Assembly (NCBI GenBank): GCA_973895155.1
Contig: OZ316892.1
Coordinates: 16,792,357 to 16,856,356 of the forward strand
DNA length: 64,000 nt
Direction of reading: 5' to 3'
Source of the DNA: Marsupella aquatica
Lineage: Eukaryota > Plantae > Marchantiophyta
The notes beneath the pieces are model-generated. The model was given only the letters and a program-made list of their open reading frames with translations. It was not told the origin of the DNA and made no database searches. Positions 40,001 through 54,034 of the stretch are shown in pieces. The position numbers and the translations under genes were made by a program. The stretch's first letter is position 1. Every line of letters begins with the position of its first letter.

Positions 40001-42029
40001 TGAACTCAGCAATTTGGCTTCAAAGGGTGGAAGTCATTTCTGGTTTCACAGAAAAACAAGAACTCTAGGGATAGACCAAAAATAGCTTCAGATCTTGATA
40101 GTTGATGGTAACTATGGTGAGATAATATCAGACTAATAGTTCTTATGTCTTTAGCTGTTTTGATGTTATTATTGTGGTTGTGGTGAACAGGACCAACAAG
40201 CTTGGATTTGGGCCGGAATTTCTAGGGAGGGTAAGGCTGGTCGCCTCGGTAGCTTCTCTGGCTGGTGTGGTTCTGTACAATCAGCTGCTGAAAGAAGTTC
40301 CTCTTTGGAAAATGTTCTTGTGGACAACATCCTTAGGGTCTATACTAGGCCTCACACAGGTGAGGACAACTTGAAAAAGTTCACTTACAGTATAATCGTC
40401 ACGATTGACCATTTATGAAATATGGGTTTCGTGTACTATAATGACTTTCTGATATCTGTGCAGTTATTTCTTGTCACTGGATGGAACCGGGACTTGGGCA
40501 TAAGTGATGAATGGTTTGCCATGGGCGACTCACTTGTTCTGACTGTTCTCGGGCAGGTATGCTATTCGAAGATAAAAATTCTTCCTTGTGTTTTGTTTTT
40601 GAACTGGATCCGCACAACTATTTGTAGCGGGATATCGGTACTTTCTGAAACGTGATGATTTTAGTGACAAGTGAGCTGCTTGATTGGATGATTCTGAAGA
40701 AGAACCTTACATATGAGTTTTCGAATCACCTGTGCCAGACCCGAGTACATGATGAAAACTGACTTGATCATGGTTTTGCAATAGGAACATTCAGTTTTCA
40801 TCTAAGCTTGCCAGGCTCTGCCTTAACACTAGAAAATGTCTTGATCGATGAGACTATCGTAACGAGAGGAAGTAGTTCAGGGCCATGTTTCAATGGTCCG
40901 TGTCCATTCTGAAAGGTGTAGTTAGGACCATTGTCACAAAAGGCATCCTTGCTATTGACGTACCCCTCCAGGTCCTTGAATCAAGGCTTCAAGTGGGAAT
41001 CAGGCTAGCATTTCTGATTGAGCTGCTGAACTCTTTTTGTTAGCACCCTAGGAGACGTTATGAACAGTCTTTGTTTGTGACTGAACATTCGCAGTCAGAT
41101 TACTGCATGTCTGATTGAGCTGCTGAACCTTGTTTGCTAGCTCCTTAGGGGACGCCATCACAGTCCTTGTTTCTGACTCAACAGTCCCAGTTAGATTGCT
41201 TATTCTTCTCCTAAGTCCAGACTCGAGCAACTGGAGTTATTTGCGGCTCCAGTTGTGAACTTGAAGCTTGAAGGACACTGGGGGCTCCATTGGACGACTA
41301 CCGTTTAACCATGTGCGGCACGAGAGAGAGACTATCTGGAATCCCTGAACAAGTGGTGTCAGTTGCTCTCGATCTGGATAGAGTATTTTGAGGGATTTAA
41401 ACTCATTAAATGACCAGTTTTGTAAGTAAGGAGTTTCCTAATAGGGCTTTCGAGGCAGTTGGTCCTTTAGGATCGGCATCATTGAAAGCTGAAACCATGA
41501 CACCCACCTCGTATCTGGTGACAAGCCAGAAGCCAACTTCATAAATAATCTTCGAATGGGTCATGTGCATTAAGATTTGGAGCTCAGTTTGGTCTTTCCA
41601 GTTTCGTTTTCCGTACGAACCTGTAATTGTTATTCAACATTTCGATGTGACCAACTTCACGAGCTGTTGTGGTTACTAATTCATGTCACTTCGTTTCCCA
41701 ATGGTTTATCTGTACAGGCTTCGTTTATGCCCGTTCTCGTTCTGGCAGCAAGACTCTGCCCACCCGGTCTGGAAGCTACCCTCTTTGCCACGTTAATGTC
41801 CATTAGCAACGGAGGAGGCGTGGCAGGAGGTGTTATTGGTGCCTGGCTTACAGGCCTACTAGGTGTCACAAGCGAGAACTTTCACAATTTGGCAACGCTT
41901 ATTGTGGTGTGCAATTTAAGCTCTCTATTGCCACTACCATTTCTGGGTCTTCTTCCGTCAGATAGTGATCTTGCAAATGCAGTGGAAGAAGCTGAAAAGG
42001 CGCTGAGTGATTCTTCGAAGGCTGATTGA
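37058..42029 (+). CDS. Folate-biopterin transporter (BT1 family, MFS), plastid FBT1 type, 9 exons
   Basis: [99 protein letters not shown]. Exon 1 (37058-37385) is R/S/G-rich and transit-peptide-like and splices in phase to 37968. The start codon is less certain. Confidence 0.9.
41014..41200. repeat. About 97-bp imperfect tandem duplication in the last FBT intron
   Basis: CTGATTGAGCTGCTGAAC...CAGT.AGATT occurs twice. Confidence 0.8.
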
Positions 42030-43339
42030 AATCTGAGCACAGCGTTTGATATTGAGGGACTCCAACATGGGAAAGATTTTGGTGTTGTCTGTGTAACTGG
42101 CCAACGTGGTGGTTCCGGAAGGTAGGTAAATTTAGTAGGATGGGAGGGGCCATCCACTGCCAGCGAGTCTATCAGCGGCTGTCTTTTCTTCTCTATCTCC
42201 AGGAGTTCGTGGATCTGAGATCATAGAAGAGCATCATTTGTTTAAGCTCATTCTGTGTCAAGACATGTTCCTCAGGTCCCTCAGCTGCATTGCCTTCAGG
42301 GCTTGCAAGAGAAATTTGCCCGTATACAGATCTTTTGCTGGCAAAGACAACGGTGCGTAGAAATTGCAAATGGCATAATTGATGTCATGTCAGGTCATTC
42401 TGGCGCAAATTCTTATCGTATTCCGAGGACAGATCGTGATGCTGTTTCGTGCGGTAGTTTCTGAATGGATCTTCCTCTTGCGATACTTGTACAATAACAT
42501 TGAATTAGTACTGTAACTGTTTCTTCTCTTAGTTAACGGGTTGGCCGCAAGGCTGCTGACATCTTAATGAGTGCATGCACTGAAGTGGTCTTACATTCTG
42601 CATCTCGTCGCTGCTCGACTGCTAAGTTTCAATATAGGCAAGGTTTAAGATCCGGAGGAGCAGGGAGCGATATTGCCTGGAAAGCTGAAAGTCGTCCATT
42701 GTTATACGTGACGGAGCTTTTCTTCTGAGGTCTCTGCTTCTCTCCATCCATGAGAACCTTACTTGGAGACTCTGAATGAACGAGACTTAGTGCAGTATAT
42801 ACGTAGGTGCTATTCAATGCTGTTCTATGCGGATTTAAGCAGATCAAAATATTTTAGAACAAAAAGCGAAATGTGCCTAAAAGGGCAAATGCCTTTTTTC
42901 GTGAGATAAATGAGCAAAGTCTAGATAATTATGTTCTACTAGAACACAAGTCAGGTCAGCATATCCATGCAAAATTTATGGTCGTCTGACATTTCATGAC
43001 AGCTCTCGCCCTTTGTGACAGACATGATTGTGTGCTTCTTGAAACGTTAATAGGAATTTTGGTCATATGACTGACATTCAAGTCAAGCCTGTTATCGAGG
43101 CTCATTAATGAGCCTTGAGCACTCGCCTCCCTCCGCAAGAACTGTGGCCATTCTTTTCCAATTGTTAAAAGTTGTGTGTGAACCCCACTGTTGGGTAGGG
43201 CTTTGTTTCATTCTAAAAATGATTGCCTCTAGAGCTGGATTTGACTCTTGCACCTGGCCTCCTCTACTTGACTGGGTTGTCATTGATCCATAGTCCAGTC
43301 AACATTTATTGCAATACTATGTTGGGCAGTTGGCAGTCG

Positions 43340-43672
43340 TCTCCCTAATTGCATAGTTTAGTATTGATTGGCTTAAATTTTGGGGTTCACTAATTGCATA
43401 GCTTAGCATTGATTAGCCTCAATTTGGGGTTCATCCAGCCTAAGAGACATTCAGGTGGTCTCCCTAATCGCATAGCTTAGCATTGATTAGCCTCAATTTT
43501 GGGGTTCACCTAGCATACAACATGCTGGGCAACTGGCAATGGCCCTCCTAATTACATGTGCCAACGACATTGATCAGCCTCCATTTTGAAGCTCACCTAT
43601 AATAAGAGACACACCTTGCCCTAATTGCAAGGGCTAATGGCATTGATTAATCTCGATAATTGAGGTTCACCC
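43340..43672. repeat. Five degenerate copies of an about 47-bp unit with variable spacers
   Basis: CTAATTGCATAGCTTAGCATTGATTAGCCTCAATTTTGGGGTTCAC-like units at about 43343, 43390, 43463, 43547 and 43620. Confidence 0.8.
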
Positions 43673-43717
43673 AAAATATGAGACATGCGCACTTTTTCAG
43701 TCATTTTTAGAATAAAG

Positions 43718-43789
43718 TACATTTGTCTCTGTCACACAGAGTGACTACCATTTTTAGAATGAAGTCACTCTGTGTGACACAGACATGTA
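43718..43789. repeat. Near-perfect hairpin, 23-bp stem
   Basis: TGTCTCTGTCACACAGAGTGACT (43724-43746) pairs with AGTCACTCTGTGTGACACAGACA (43763-43785), one mismatch. Confidence 0.9.
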
Positions 43790-43899
43790 ATTCTTTAGAA
43801 GTCACCAAGAAACACCTTTGTATTTCTTTGAACCTCATTAGTGCAGCAGACGTGTGTACCTTAAACCCTTACTAAGAAGTTGGCTTACCCTACTTTCAT

Positions 43900-44210
43900 T
43901 AGGGCTGGGTTCCATGGGCCAGGGGTAGGGAGTACAATCACTCCCTCTGACACCCTCTGGGCCCAAATACACTGTATTCAAAGGTGTACACAGTATTTAA
44001 AATGTATGAGTTTTGGACTTGAGAGCCAATGAGAAAGCCCTGAACTGCTACTATACAGGGGCAGGGGTACCCCTGAAGTTTAACAAGGAGTGTGAGGGAG
44101 AATCATACTTCCTACTACAGTACTTGTAGACCCCTCAGTCCCTGTAAAAGCTGTATTCTGACACACATTTATACTCCTCACTAGGTCCCGGCCCATGGGA
44201 CCTAGCCCTA
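43900..44210. mobile_element. MITE-like element with about 24-bp imperfect TIRs starting TAGGG (hAT-like)
   Basis: TAGGGCTGGGTTCCATGGGCCAGG vs CCCGGCCCATGGGACCTAGCCCTA. No clean TSD visible. Confidence 0.65.
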
Positions 44211-46156
44211 CAGGTTTGCTATTCAGGATCCTACCTTATACCATACTAGCCTTGACTATCTCTTCTTTGAACGTGAATAGAGTGGAGAACAATAAAAAAT
44301 ATCACCTATATATATACTTTACTCACATTCTTTTAATGATAAAAAAAACCATATGCATGTCATCATTTTAGTAATCATTCATAACATGCCATACTCTTTT
44401 CTATGCACATATCTCTTTCTATGCACATATGTTATGGTGTGGCCATGGAACCCATTTCTTAATGCAAATAGAAATCATGACAAAAAGCATGCATGGTTAT
44501 CATTTGACATAAATCATAGTCACGGAATTACGGTCTAGAGGTTTCACTCTAGAAGCCTAGGCCACCACTCTAGCTTATAGTTGGCGCTTTATAAGTAAGA
44601 TTGTCATAGGGCTTCAGTTGAGTTTACACCCTTATTGCCTGTTGAGTTGTGTAATCAAACTACCTTGTTGTTCATGACTGGCAAGAACCTTGTTCAGGAT
44701 ACAGTTTTGACAGTATTATAGTAGGGCTCAGTAGGGTCTACATTGTTACTACACGCCATTTTTTGTTTCAAAAGCCAGAGAGTTAGAGAGACACTATGTG
44801 ATCATATTGTCATCAGGTTTAGCATACAATCTTTGACACCTTAGTACCCTTTTCTCCTTCAAATTTTGGGTGCTTCATGGAGAATAATGTACTCTCCAGA
44901 TTTGCACGAGGCTTTATGAAACTTATCATTACTTTCAGTAAAAAATAGTACAATTACATTATTGCCCCCGTAATGGCCCCTCGCCACTTGAGGTACAACC
45001 CTCAAGAATATGAGGTATTCTGGCCAATAATGCCCTGTTACCAGGACATTACTTGATACAGAGTCTCATCAAGCTCAATAGAGTCTACATTGTTGCTAGC
45101 CGTTACTATCATAGTATCATATGGCTCACTAGATTCTATTTAGTTGCTAGCTGTCATTTTTCTAATCAAAAGCCAGTATCATCTAAGTGTGACAAAAGGT
45201 GTACATACCCTAGGGCTCATCCTAGAACAATAGGGTTGCTCCAACTTCAAGCAATCTCCTCCAAATGGTAATAAAAAGCTTTTAAGACTATCTTATCTAG
45301 ATAAATGAGAAAATCAATGTTCTTTAAGGCACCTGTAATGTGTGAAGATTAACCCCAAAAATGTAAAGTAGTTTGTCTTGTAGTGTTTCACTCTCAAAAT
45401 GATTCCCATGTTGAGAAAAATAATGAATCATTTTCTCTACAATTTGATGTATTTTTTAATACCCCCTATAAAGCAAGAATAAAATAGTTCTGGGTGATGT
45501 ACATGTGTCTCAATTCTTAATTTTCTGGCAAAGTGTTTTATACTCTTAGTTTTTATTCTTTTACAAAATGTTAGCCCCACTTTCATCCACACAAGCCATT
45601 TTTAGTAGACAATTGTTTAGGTTCTAAAGTGTTGTGAATCCCTTTCAAGAGAATGGTGAGTCTCCCATGTTTTTCTCATAATGAATTTAGGCTAACATAT
45701 ACATAAATTACTCAAAACTATAAATTTCAGAAACAAAACTTTAAGCTCTAGTTAAGAGTGGAAGGGGTGATTTCTCACAACTCTTGAATTACATCACACT
45801 CTTGATATTAGATGTTTTAGTATCTAGGTATATATGGTGTGTGTGTTGAATATGACTTGAATATTAAAATAATATAACATATTTGATGGGCAAGATTGAG
45901 AAATAAATATAGAACTAAAGGGGGTTCTCAAAAAAGTAAATTAAAAACATTAAAGAAAAAAAAATTACAAATAAATTTGAAATCCAAATATACAAGGGAT
46001 ACACCTTGTCTAAAAATAAATCAAAACAAAAATAACTATCAAAATTCTCAATAAGACAAAATTACCTGAGTATGCTAGCATAATCACAAACCAAGGTAAC
46101 ACCAAATAGTCATTTTTGTGATCAACAGCCAGAAAGTGGTGCCCATACCCTGCAAT

Positions 46157-46281
46157 GGCACATATAGGTCTCCTATATGCCTCATATACAGCAGCCGGAC
46201 ATATGGACAATAAATCTGGCACATATATGTCTCCCATATGCCTCCACGTACAGAAGCCGCACATATGAACAATAAATCTGT
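46157..46281. repeat. About 62-bp imperfect tandem duplication
   Basis: GGCACATATA.GTCTCC.ATATGCCTC...CATATG.ACAATAAATCTG occurs twice. Confidence 0.75.
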
Positions 46282-46878
46282 ATTGAGGCCATTACATGAA
46301 CAATAAACTTATGACTTACCAATGTTAAGTGTAAACAGAGAATGAGAGGTAGCTCATGCTCATAGGCAATTTTGTGAACGCAACAGTGAGCCAGCTTGCA
46401 TGGTTAGGACTCTTCCTAATCCATCACTGGAGCTCGAGAATCTTTTAGTCAGATGAGCAACCCCTCCCCCAAATTAGGTACCTATCAAGATAGGGCGGTC
46501 TGCAACCCACGACTTATCCAAAATACATAAAAGCTACCTATGCGAAAGGCTTTTCGTCACATGTGAGCAAAGGGTGCTTCGTCACTTTATTTTCCTGGTA
46601 AACTGAATGACCAAGGGTCAATGTTGCCTGCCTGAACATTAAAAAAAATAGTCAGACATTTCGGGATAATCATATTGGACCACCCAATTCTTTCTGTGAA
46701 GTAACGAATTCTCAGACCCATCTGCCTCAACATCATCACCATTTGGGAGCAGTCACAGATATGGCACACGGACTGCAATCCAAACAATTTATTCCCAATG
46801 AATAGCATCCCGGTAAATTCTACCATAGAACTCTATTTGGCCACCTGGAGTCACATCTCATATTAGATTGCTATCTTT

Positions 46879-49800
46879 TCAAGCAACGTGAACGGAAGCC
46901 TTCGTTGCTGTCGGTGACGCTTTGTCAACAAGGAAACTTTTAGATCCTGCGAGGCGCGAGTAAGACTGGATGAAGCGTGTCTGTAGATACAACAGAAAAT
47001 TATTAGACACGAGTGGAGACACGAGACTGAAAGCTGCTGAGAACGATAGTGACCTTCAGGATGTATGAAGAATGAGCAAGGGACGAAATCAGAGTACACG
47101 AGGACCAGGTTAGTTTCACTGCAGAAAATAGAACATCCTCTAGCACATCTGAAAAATTCATTTTGTTGAGAAGTCGGTCAGTACCATTTAACTACCGAGG
47201 ACCGACGAGCTTGAAAAATTTTCAAAACCAATACTTAGATGAGTAAAGTGTGCAGACATTACCGATTGAAATGCAACAAGAGTCCACCAACTTCCGATAA
47301 GACCAACTCCAAGTCTATTTAACATCTGCCAATTGAAAGAACACAACAGCGAGGGCCATTAGCTTTCCAAAATTCCATCACCCATTTGATATGAACTCCT
47401 TCTCAACGGACACAATACAATGTGCAGAGTCTACATAAATATTCTCTACAGCAACACAAATACCACATCTTAAAAGGCGTCATAGAACAGCTTACCAGGA
47501 GCAACAAAGTGCCGCCACAAAAGCATGATGCCATACTGAAGCCCAAAAATTTCAAATCTCTCCCTGCCTACACTACCAGCAGTTAGTCATAGTCTTGGGA
47601 GACTTCATGGTCCCTAGACACAGCCACAACATCGATAGACTCAAACCTCATCTAGAAAGTCAACACTGCACTGCTGCCTGTCAGAAATATACGATTATGT
47701 CTTATGCAGACCTTCTCTTACTCATCCGCCAACAGAAAAGTAATAGACACTCAAGAAGGAAGGTTATCAACACCCAAAACAGCTAGTCTGTGAGTGATGA
47801 ACACCCAGGATTTACCAGTAATGTTCCCTCGCATGAAAGAGTAGGTGGTGTCAATATAATACTAATCAAGAATGGTACAGATACAGATCTCATCTGCAAA
47901 GAAAGAAAATATCTCGAGTTCAGTGCCCTTACAAATATCAACCGGAAACCACCCCACAGCAATGAGATTAGCGAAATGTGGAATGGACCCTCGTTGAAAA
48001 GTCATAAGAACAAACTATCTAGTTTTCGGCCATTTCTTCAGCTTTAATAACAGGAACGACCTTGCATACAAACCCTCAGCGTTTAACGGCATGCTTCACT
48101 AACAGAAAAGCCAGTCTACTTCTGTTCAACTGTTACAAAAAGCCTGGCATGGTGCAATGAAGATGTCATGGTTGGACAATTCAAAAGAAACTCTAACCTG
48201 GTTGATAATCGCTGGGTCATTTGTAAATATTTGTGGAAATAACCACGGAACTGATACAGCAATGCACCCAAGGGAAACTCCAAGGCATACCCCAATGATG
48301 ATTAGAGTGTGTAGCAGAGATCGGGCCTGACATCAACATACCCAAAAAAAGTTCAGATAAAATTCCCATGTCAGCACCGCTCTCAACCATGACAAACAAC
48401 TCAGATAAGTATCGTTAAAACACTTCAATTCAAGACTCCCGTTCTAAAGAGGTCTTAGACGACCGAAATTTGCTCAAGAAACCAGGACTTCGCATTATTT
48501 AGAAGATTACTGCTATGAAACTCCAATATGGCAGAGGTCGTCACCCGACACAGTACTAGATTTAGTGTTTATCATATCGACAAAAGTAAGAACATCATGC
48601 TAGGAAAATTATTTTCCCTTTAGACGTGCCGAAATAATAAAAGAAATGCACTACTTCGGACGTCAAAGGCTAATTACATGATCAGAGATCAAATATACCT
48701 GCTTCAAGTTCCTGCCAGATCCATATATGAGGGTAGGCATAAAAGACTGCGCCGTTTGGCACAACGGCTCTCCCCAGACTGTACAAAGGGAGAATACTCC
48801 AATCATAATCTGAAAAGTGTTCGAGCACCCGAACATCAGGACATGATAACTACGTAGAGCGAAGATACCTCATCTGTAAAATCTACTTTGTCCACAACCT
48901 CCGATCACATCTAGATACAATCAAGCATTCATCGGCTGAAGCGAACTAAAATCATTATTCAAAGTGAAAAGCTATTCCTACAAGGGTAAGAGGACGAAAG
49001 AGAGAGAAGGATGTCGGAGTACCTGGTGGGCTCCAAGAACGGTGGCACCCAATGACGTCGCAAGAAAAGTTATAAGGGTGTAAAACGCCACCTACACGAA
49101 AGGAGGAAGATTAGAACGGCTGCTAGTTTAGGTCGTTATTGGTCATAACTTTATGTTCGGAAATTGGGGACTGCCATGTCCCAATCCGTGCTCAGCGTAG
49201 TTCTTAGACATCCAAAGATCCTTGATTCAATTGAAAGCCTCCGCTTAAAGCTGTCAAAAATCGTCTATCAGCTCTGTAACTAACAAGTTTATCTCCATGG
49301 AAGTGGATAGCAGTATAAGACCATCATAACCCCAACCACTTCCTAATAGGGTAGAAAAGAGGAAATTATAGGGTCCTTGGCTGAAGAACGAATGAAAATA
49401 TAGACCCAATGATATTCTTCGTTGATTCATCACCCTGACTTCATCAAGGACTAAAGTGAAGCCCTTCGTGAATCACATGAAGTGTCTCATCGAGCACACA
49501 CAAAACGATCGAATGCATCCCTCTGTAATACTGGAGTTTTAGGATCTACGGATTTATAAAAATTGCGCACCTCAATGTACTCTTTAAGGCCGACCTACAA
49601 CCAGGCTTACGTACTATGAACTTAGCCTAGCTCATGTATAATATGTTCATTGTCTGTTGTAATTCAAGAAGGGTCCGAAAATTTCCAAGACCACTGCCTC
49701 TTGCAGTACAATAATGCACAACCATTAACCGGGATTCCACAACTATACCTTGGAGAGCATTGTCAAAAGTACAGGACCCGCAATATTGAACATATTTATC

Positions 49801-52800
49801 AGCTCAGTCAAGTTGGGCACGGAAATGGCTAGTGGGTTGTAGCCTTTATTTCCAATTGCTTTCAACATCAGAAAACCTCCAATGTACTGCGAAATCAGGA
49901 CCACCGAAATCCTGTTATTAGACGGGTATAATCCTTGATGTAATAGCGTGGCAGTTTCAGAGCTTGAACGTGCACGCACGAGAATCGACTATGGTCAATG
50001 CTGGTATCAGCATAGTATTCCTGACCTGCGAAGCCATTGTCGCCCAGGCAGCCCCTCCAATTCCATATCCAAGAACGGTACAGAGCAGAATATCTCCAAA
50101 CAGGTTGACAAAACTTGCAATTGCCAGGACTTTCAATGGTGCCCAGGAATCTTGCATGCCTAAACTGACGGAATAAAGATATGTTAGTTTAGCAAACATC
50201 GTAAAATATGCTGACCAACAGCATTCGAAAACTAAAAGCTGTGTTGCTCTGGGGGCTGTAGCGAGCGACTCAAACAATTTAATCACAATGACCAGAGATG
50301 AATATCTCTTCTCTTGTATGACAGTTATTACCTAGCACTTTGTGCAACCATCCCCATGAGAACTACTGGCCACGCCAGGGCCCTTATCTGTGCAGAACGT
50401 GAACAAATATTCCACAAACCAATTTGTCAGTCAATTGTCAGAACAAAGATTGATTTTCAGAAAGCCAATTAAGATTGGTATCTTTATCTTTATCTCAGAA
50501 CAAAGATCCTTGCAACAGATACATTGAAAAGTTGAGCCTCGTCCTTTGAGTTCATGCTCAAAAACAAACCAGCCCCAAATTACGAATTAGCCAAGGAAAC
50601 CAACCGCACTCTGATGAACAACCAAATTGAGCATCACAGGATTTTCTTTTGAAGGTCTTCACAACTAAGGACCCTAATTCTTACTTCATCTCTTATTTTT
50701 TACAAACCCCAAAGCCTTCACATGCCAGGGATAAAAACAAGGGGCCCCTTACTGGAGGTTTACTCTATAACATAATGCTAATAGCGTTGAGAACACAACC
50801 CAACAAAGGTAACAATACCCGCGAAAGATTAGTCCAAGCTAGCTCGGATATTTTCATGATGTCCAGATGAAAGACAAAAGCACGAGTCTTGTTGCATTGA
50901 TGTAAAGACAAAAGAGGGTATCCAATGATTTGAACACACAAACATTCCTATCAAAACCTTTTGTCACATTAACTGTATGGACAAAAGTCGCCAGAAGGGC
51001 CTTGGTGAAATTACCTGAACATAAAGCCGAGCAGCTGGAACTAATGAGTAGTTCTTTACGCCGACAAAAGCTGCAGCTCAAGGCTCCTATTATCAGTGCC
51101 ACACACTTGCAGATATATGATACAGAGATGCTCCGTACAAAGCATAAATCAAACTAATGAAGTTTCCCAGTGCCTTGAGATCTTCATACGTTCTCATTTT
51201 CTTTCGTAACAAGGCTTACCTGTCAAGCACATTTCTAGTTTCAAACATGCAATTAGATACAGAAGCCCTAAGACCAACCAGAAAGAATCAGAGTTCATGT
51301 CATGACCTCAATCACACAAGCAACAAAGGTAAGCCTTACCTTGTAGCAAAGGAGTTGCAAAAACTTCTAAGATGAGCAGCATGCCGACGCCACAGAATAG
51401 AGAAACGAATAAAAGTCTGGACAGGTGTCCTGCTGCTTCTGTTTCATCCTGCACATTTGACAGGGATGAAGACAGACCAACTGATAAGAATCCAGCAAAT
51501 GCTAGCAGGTTTAGGACATGTTTTACTAATCCGCGGGTACACAAGGAATCGAGCCCTTCGTCTCATTTCCAACTTGGGACAGCAGATAGTTGGAAGTCAA
51601 TCGCGTGGATATATTAATCGTATCGACAAACATTTCAAACCATGAGAATGATTGGATGCCTTTGTAGATGGCAATTCTCCCACAGCTTCATCACTCGGAG
51701 TGGTGAGAGAGACCGCATCTTCTCATCTTGAGATTCTTTGATCCATACTGATTTATTTTTCCAACCTTGCCAAATAAGTTGCTTCGGATTTGTAAGTCCA
51801 GCGGTCTTGGCTCAATCTCTATTGAGTGCACAGCCAGTTTCTGACAAATTCTGTGCTTGCTCCGAAGCTCACATGAGCTCACTTTCTTGGTTAAAGTTGC
51901 TCCCAGGTATTCATAGCAAGGTTCCGGCTCTGCTAGGTCAAGCAGTCTATCTCTCATTCCTTACACCCAAATCAATACAAGGTGTACTTTGCGACAGAAC
52001 AGGGCGAGGTCATTGGTCCCAAGCTGATGCCATCCAGCATCAACACTAAGTGGAGGGGAAGAAGAAACAGGTCGACAGCGTTACATGTTTATCACTGTTA
52101 TTTTTGTCAGGGCTGAAAAGGTAGAATGAGCAAACCTTTTGTGCCAAAGCTGTAGCGATCAAGTTTGACGTGGCAATCGAGAGAAACATAAACACAAAGG
52201 ACGTCTGGTCACAGAGGACGGTGCCTGGACCTGCATGTAACCCAATACGTACAACAGCCAAATGCGTCAGAAAACATTGCACATCACATCGAATTCTTAG
52301 GATATCAATAGCTGTCACAGCAAGAGCACCTAATCAGATCGGACTTCAAAACACGTTTTCCCATCGTATTCGGCTTGTCAGCCAAACGACACGGATTCAA
52401 ATGTCCTTTGGGAAGTCTTGTCATCAAAATGGCTTCCTTGCAATACATCAAAGCAAAGTTCTAAGAAAAAATAATCCAAGAAAGTCTGGAGTCACAATAC
52501 TCAGACAAATACTCATTGGCTCTACAATTTCTGAGCCAGGTGCATTACTGTCTCACTGCATGCCCATCACATTGGCCTTACTTTCTACTCAGTGCAACCC
52601 ATGCCGAATCAAAGAAGCCCCCAACCTGCTGATGGCTTGGGAGCAAGCATATTGCTATGCCGAGCAGTTTAAAATCGAAAGAACAAAACCCAGAAGACCA
52701 CACAAAACCCGATGTGTAGATAAAAGACGGCAACAAAACGCACAGTGAATGTCACAGTAAAGCATTGCGACTGCCGTTAACATATTTAAATTACAATGGC

Positions 52801-54034
52801 GATAGATTTGTGCCTTCAAGGAGGCAGGGCAGCATTGCAAAGACGCAAGGCGGTATCATAGAAGTCAGCCTAGCCTGGCTCTGTTAACTATCGGCATTTC
52901 GCCAAGAGGTTTCTTACGCTCTAACGAATAATAATACTGGGTGCTGGAGCATCAAGCCCCGCCGTAGGGAATAATCAGGTAGAAGCGGACATGATCATGC
53001 GAGCACAGCGAGGAGGACGATGTGAGGTTCATTATATACGTTTGGGAAATTATGTAAGATACTGGGGTCTGTCAATCAACATGTGGCGATCTCCGCGGGA
53101 CTTGACACTCAATTCAGAGCGAGAAATTATTATTCTGAAGAAAAGATGAAGAAAAGATGACCAAAATTACAAATGTTCATGAGATCTCCTTACCAAGGGC
53201 TGCAAGCTCCAGAGTACTACTGTTGCCAATGACGGCGGTATCAATGAGGCTCATCAACGGCCCGGATAGCCAAATTCCCAGAGCAGGCCCAGCAAACACA
53301 AAAATTTCCTTCATCTGATCCAGCAGACTCTTGCTCGCTTCGCCCTCACCGAAGAGCAGAGGCGCCGGTGGTGCTTCCTCCTCCTGCTTCTGCTGTTGCT
53401 GCTGGTCGTCAGAGTGATCCGGATGGGTTGCGGTGTGACCGTACTTCCCATCTTCTTGCTCCATTTGCTGAAGCTTCTCTTCAATCCCATCCAGTAGAGC
53501 CGCCGCAGCAAAAACATTCAACTCGCCCTCTTCAACTTCCAACAAATCTCCTCCTCCAACTTCCCCAGCAGAGTCGTGATCGTCTAGCACTGCTGGACCA
53601 CTGGAGCTGTTCTGAATTCCTGCCGAATCACCACGGGAGGCACTGGATTCTGCAATAATGCTTTCGGCAGGGGCGGTCTCTGCTATTCCGGACTCGGAGC
53701 ACTGCCGTGGGCTTGGGCACCATCTGCCTAGCCCTCGTCTCCTATTATTCAACTTCGGAATTGCCAAATTGTCGCGCACGCGTGGGGAGAGAGAAGAATC
53801 ATTGATGGAAACCTGGCTGCTGCTGTAGGTCCTGCTCCTGCGGGAAAATAATAGTCTGGAAGGGAGTGCGGAAGACGACCCAGTGGAGATTGAAACAACG
53901 CTGCCGCAACCCTCACCAGCAGCTAAATTGCTTCTTCTCGAAAAGGACTCATTTCCGACGAGATTACTGAGCTGCTGGAGCGACTGAGCCGGAGCTGCTG
54001 CTGCTGCTACAACTGCAAATGTTGAAATTCCCAT
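46879..54034 (-). CDS. Plastid MATE efflux transporter, DTX46/EDS5-like, about 13 exons
   Basis: Long S/A/R-rich transit peptide, then [90 protein letters not shown] and WWTLVAFQ. Stop at 46879-46881. Confidence 0.92.

Noticed and set aside
43340-43672. CRISPR array
   Set aside because: Eukaryotic context, no cas genes, degenerate repeats, and irregular linkers related to each other.
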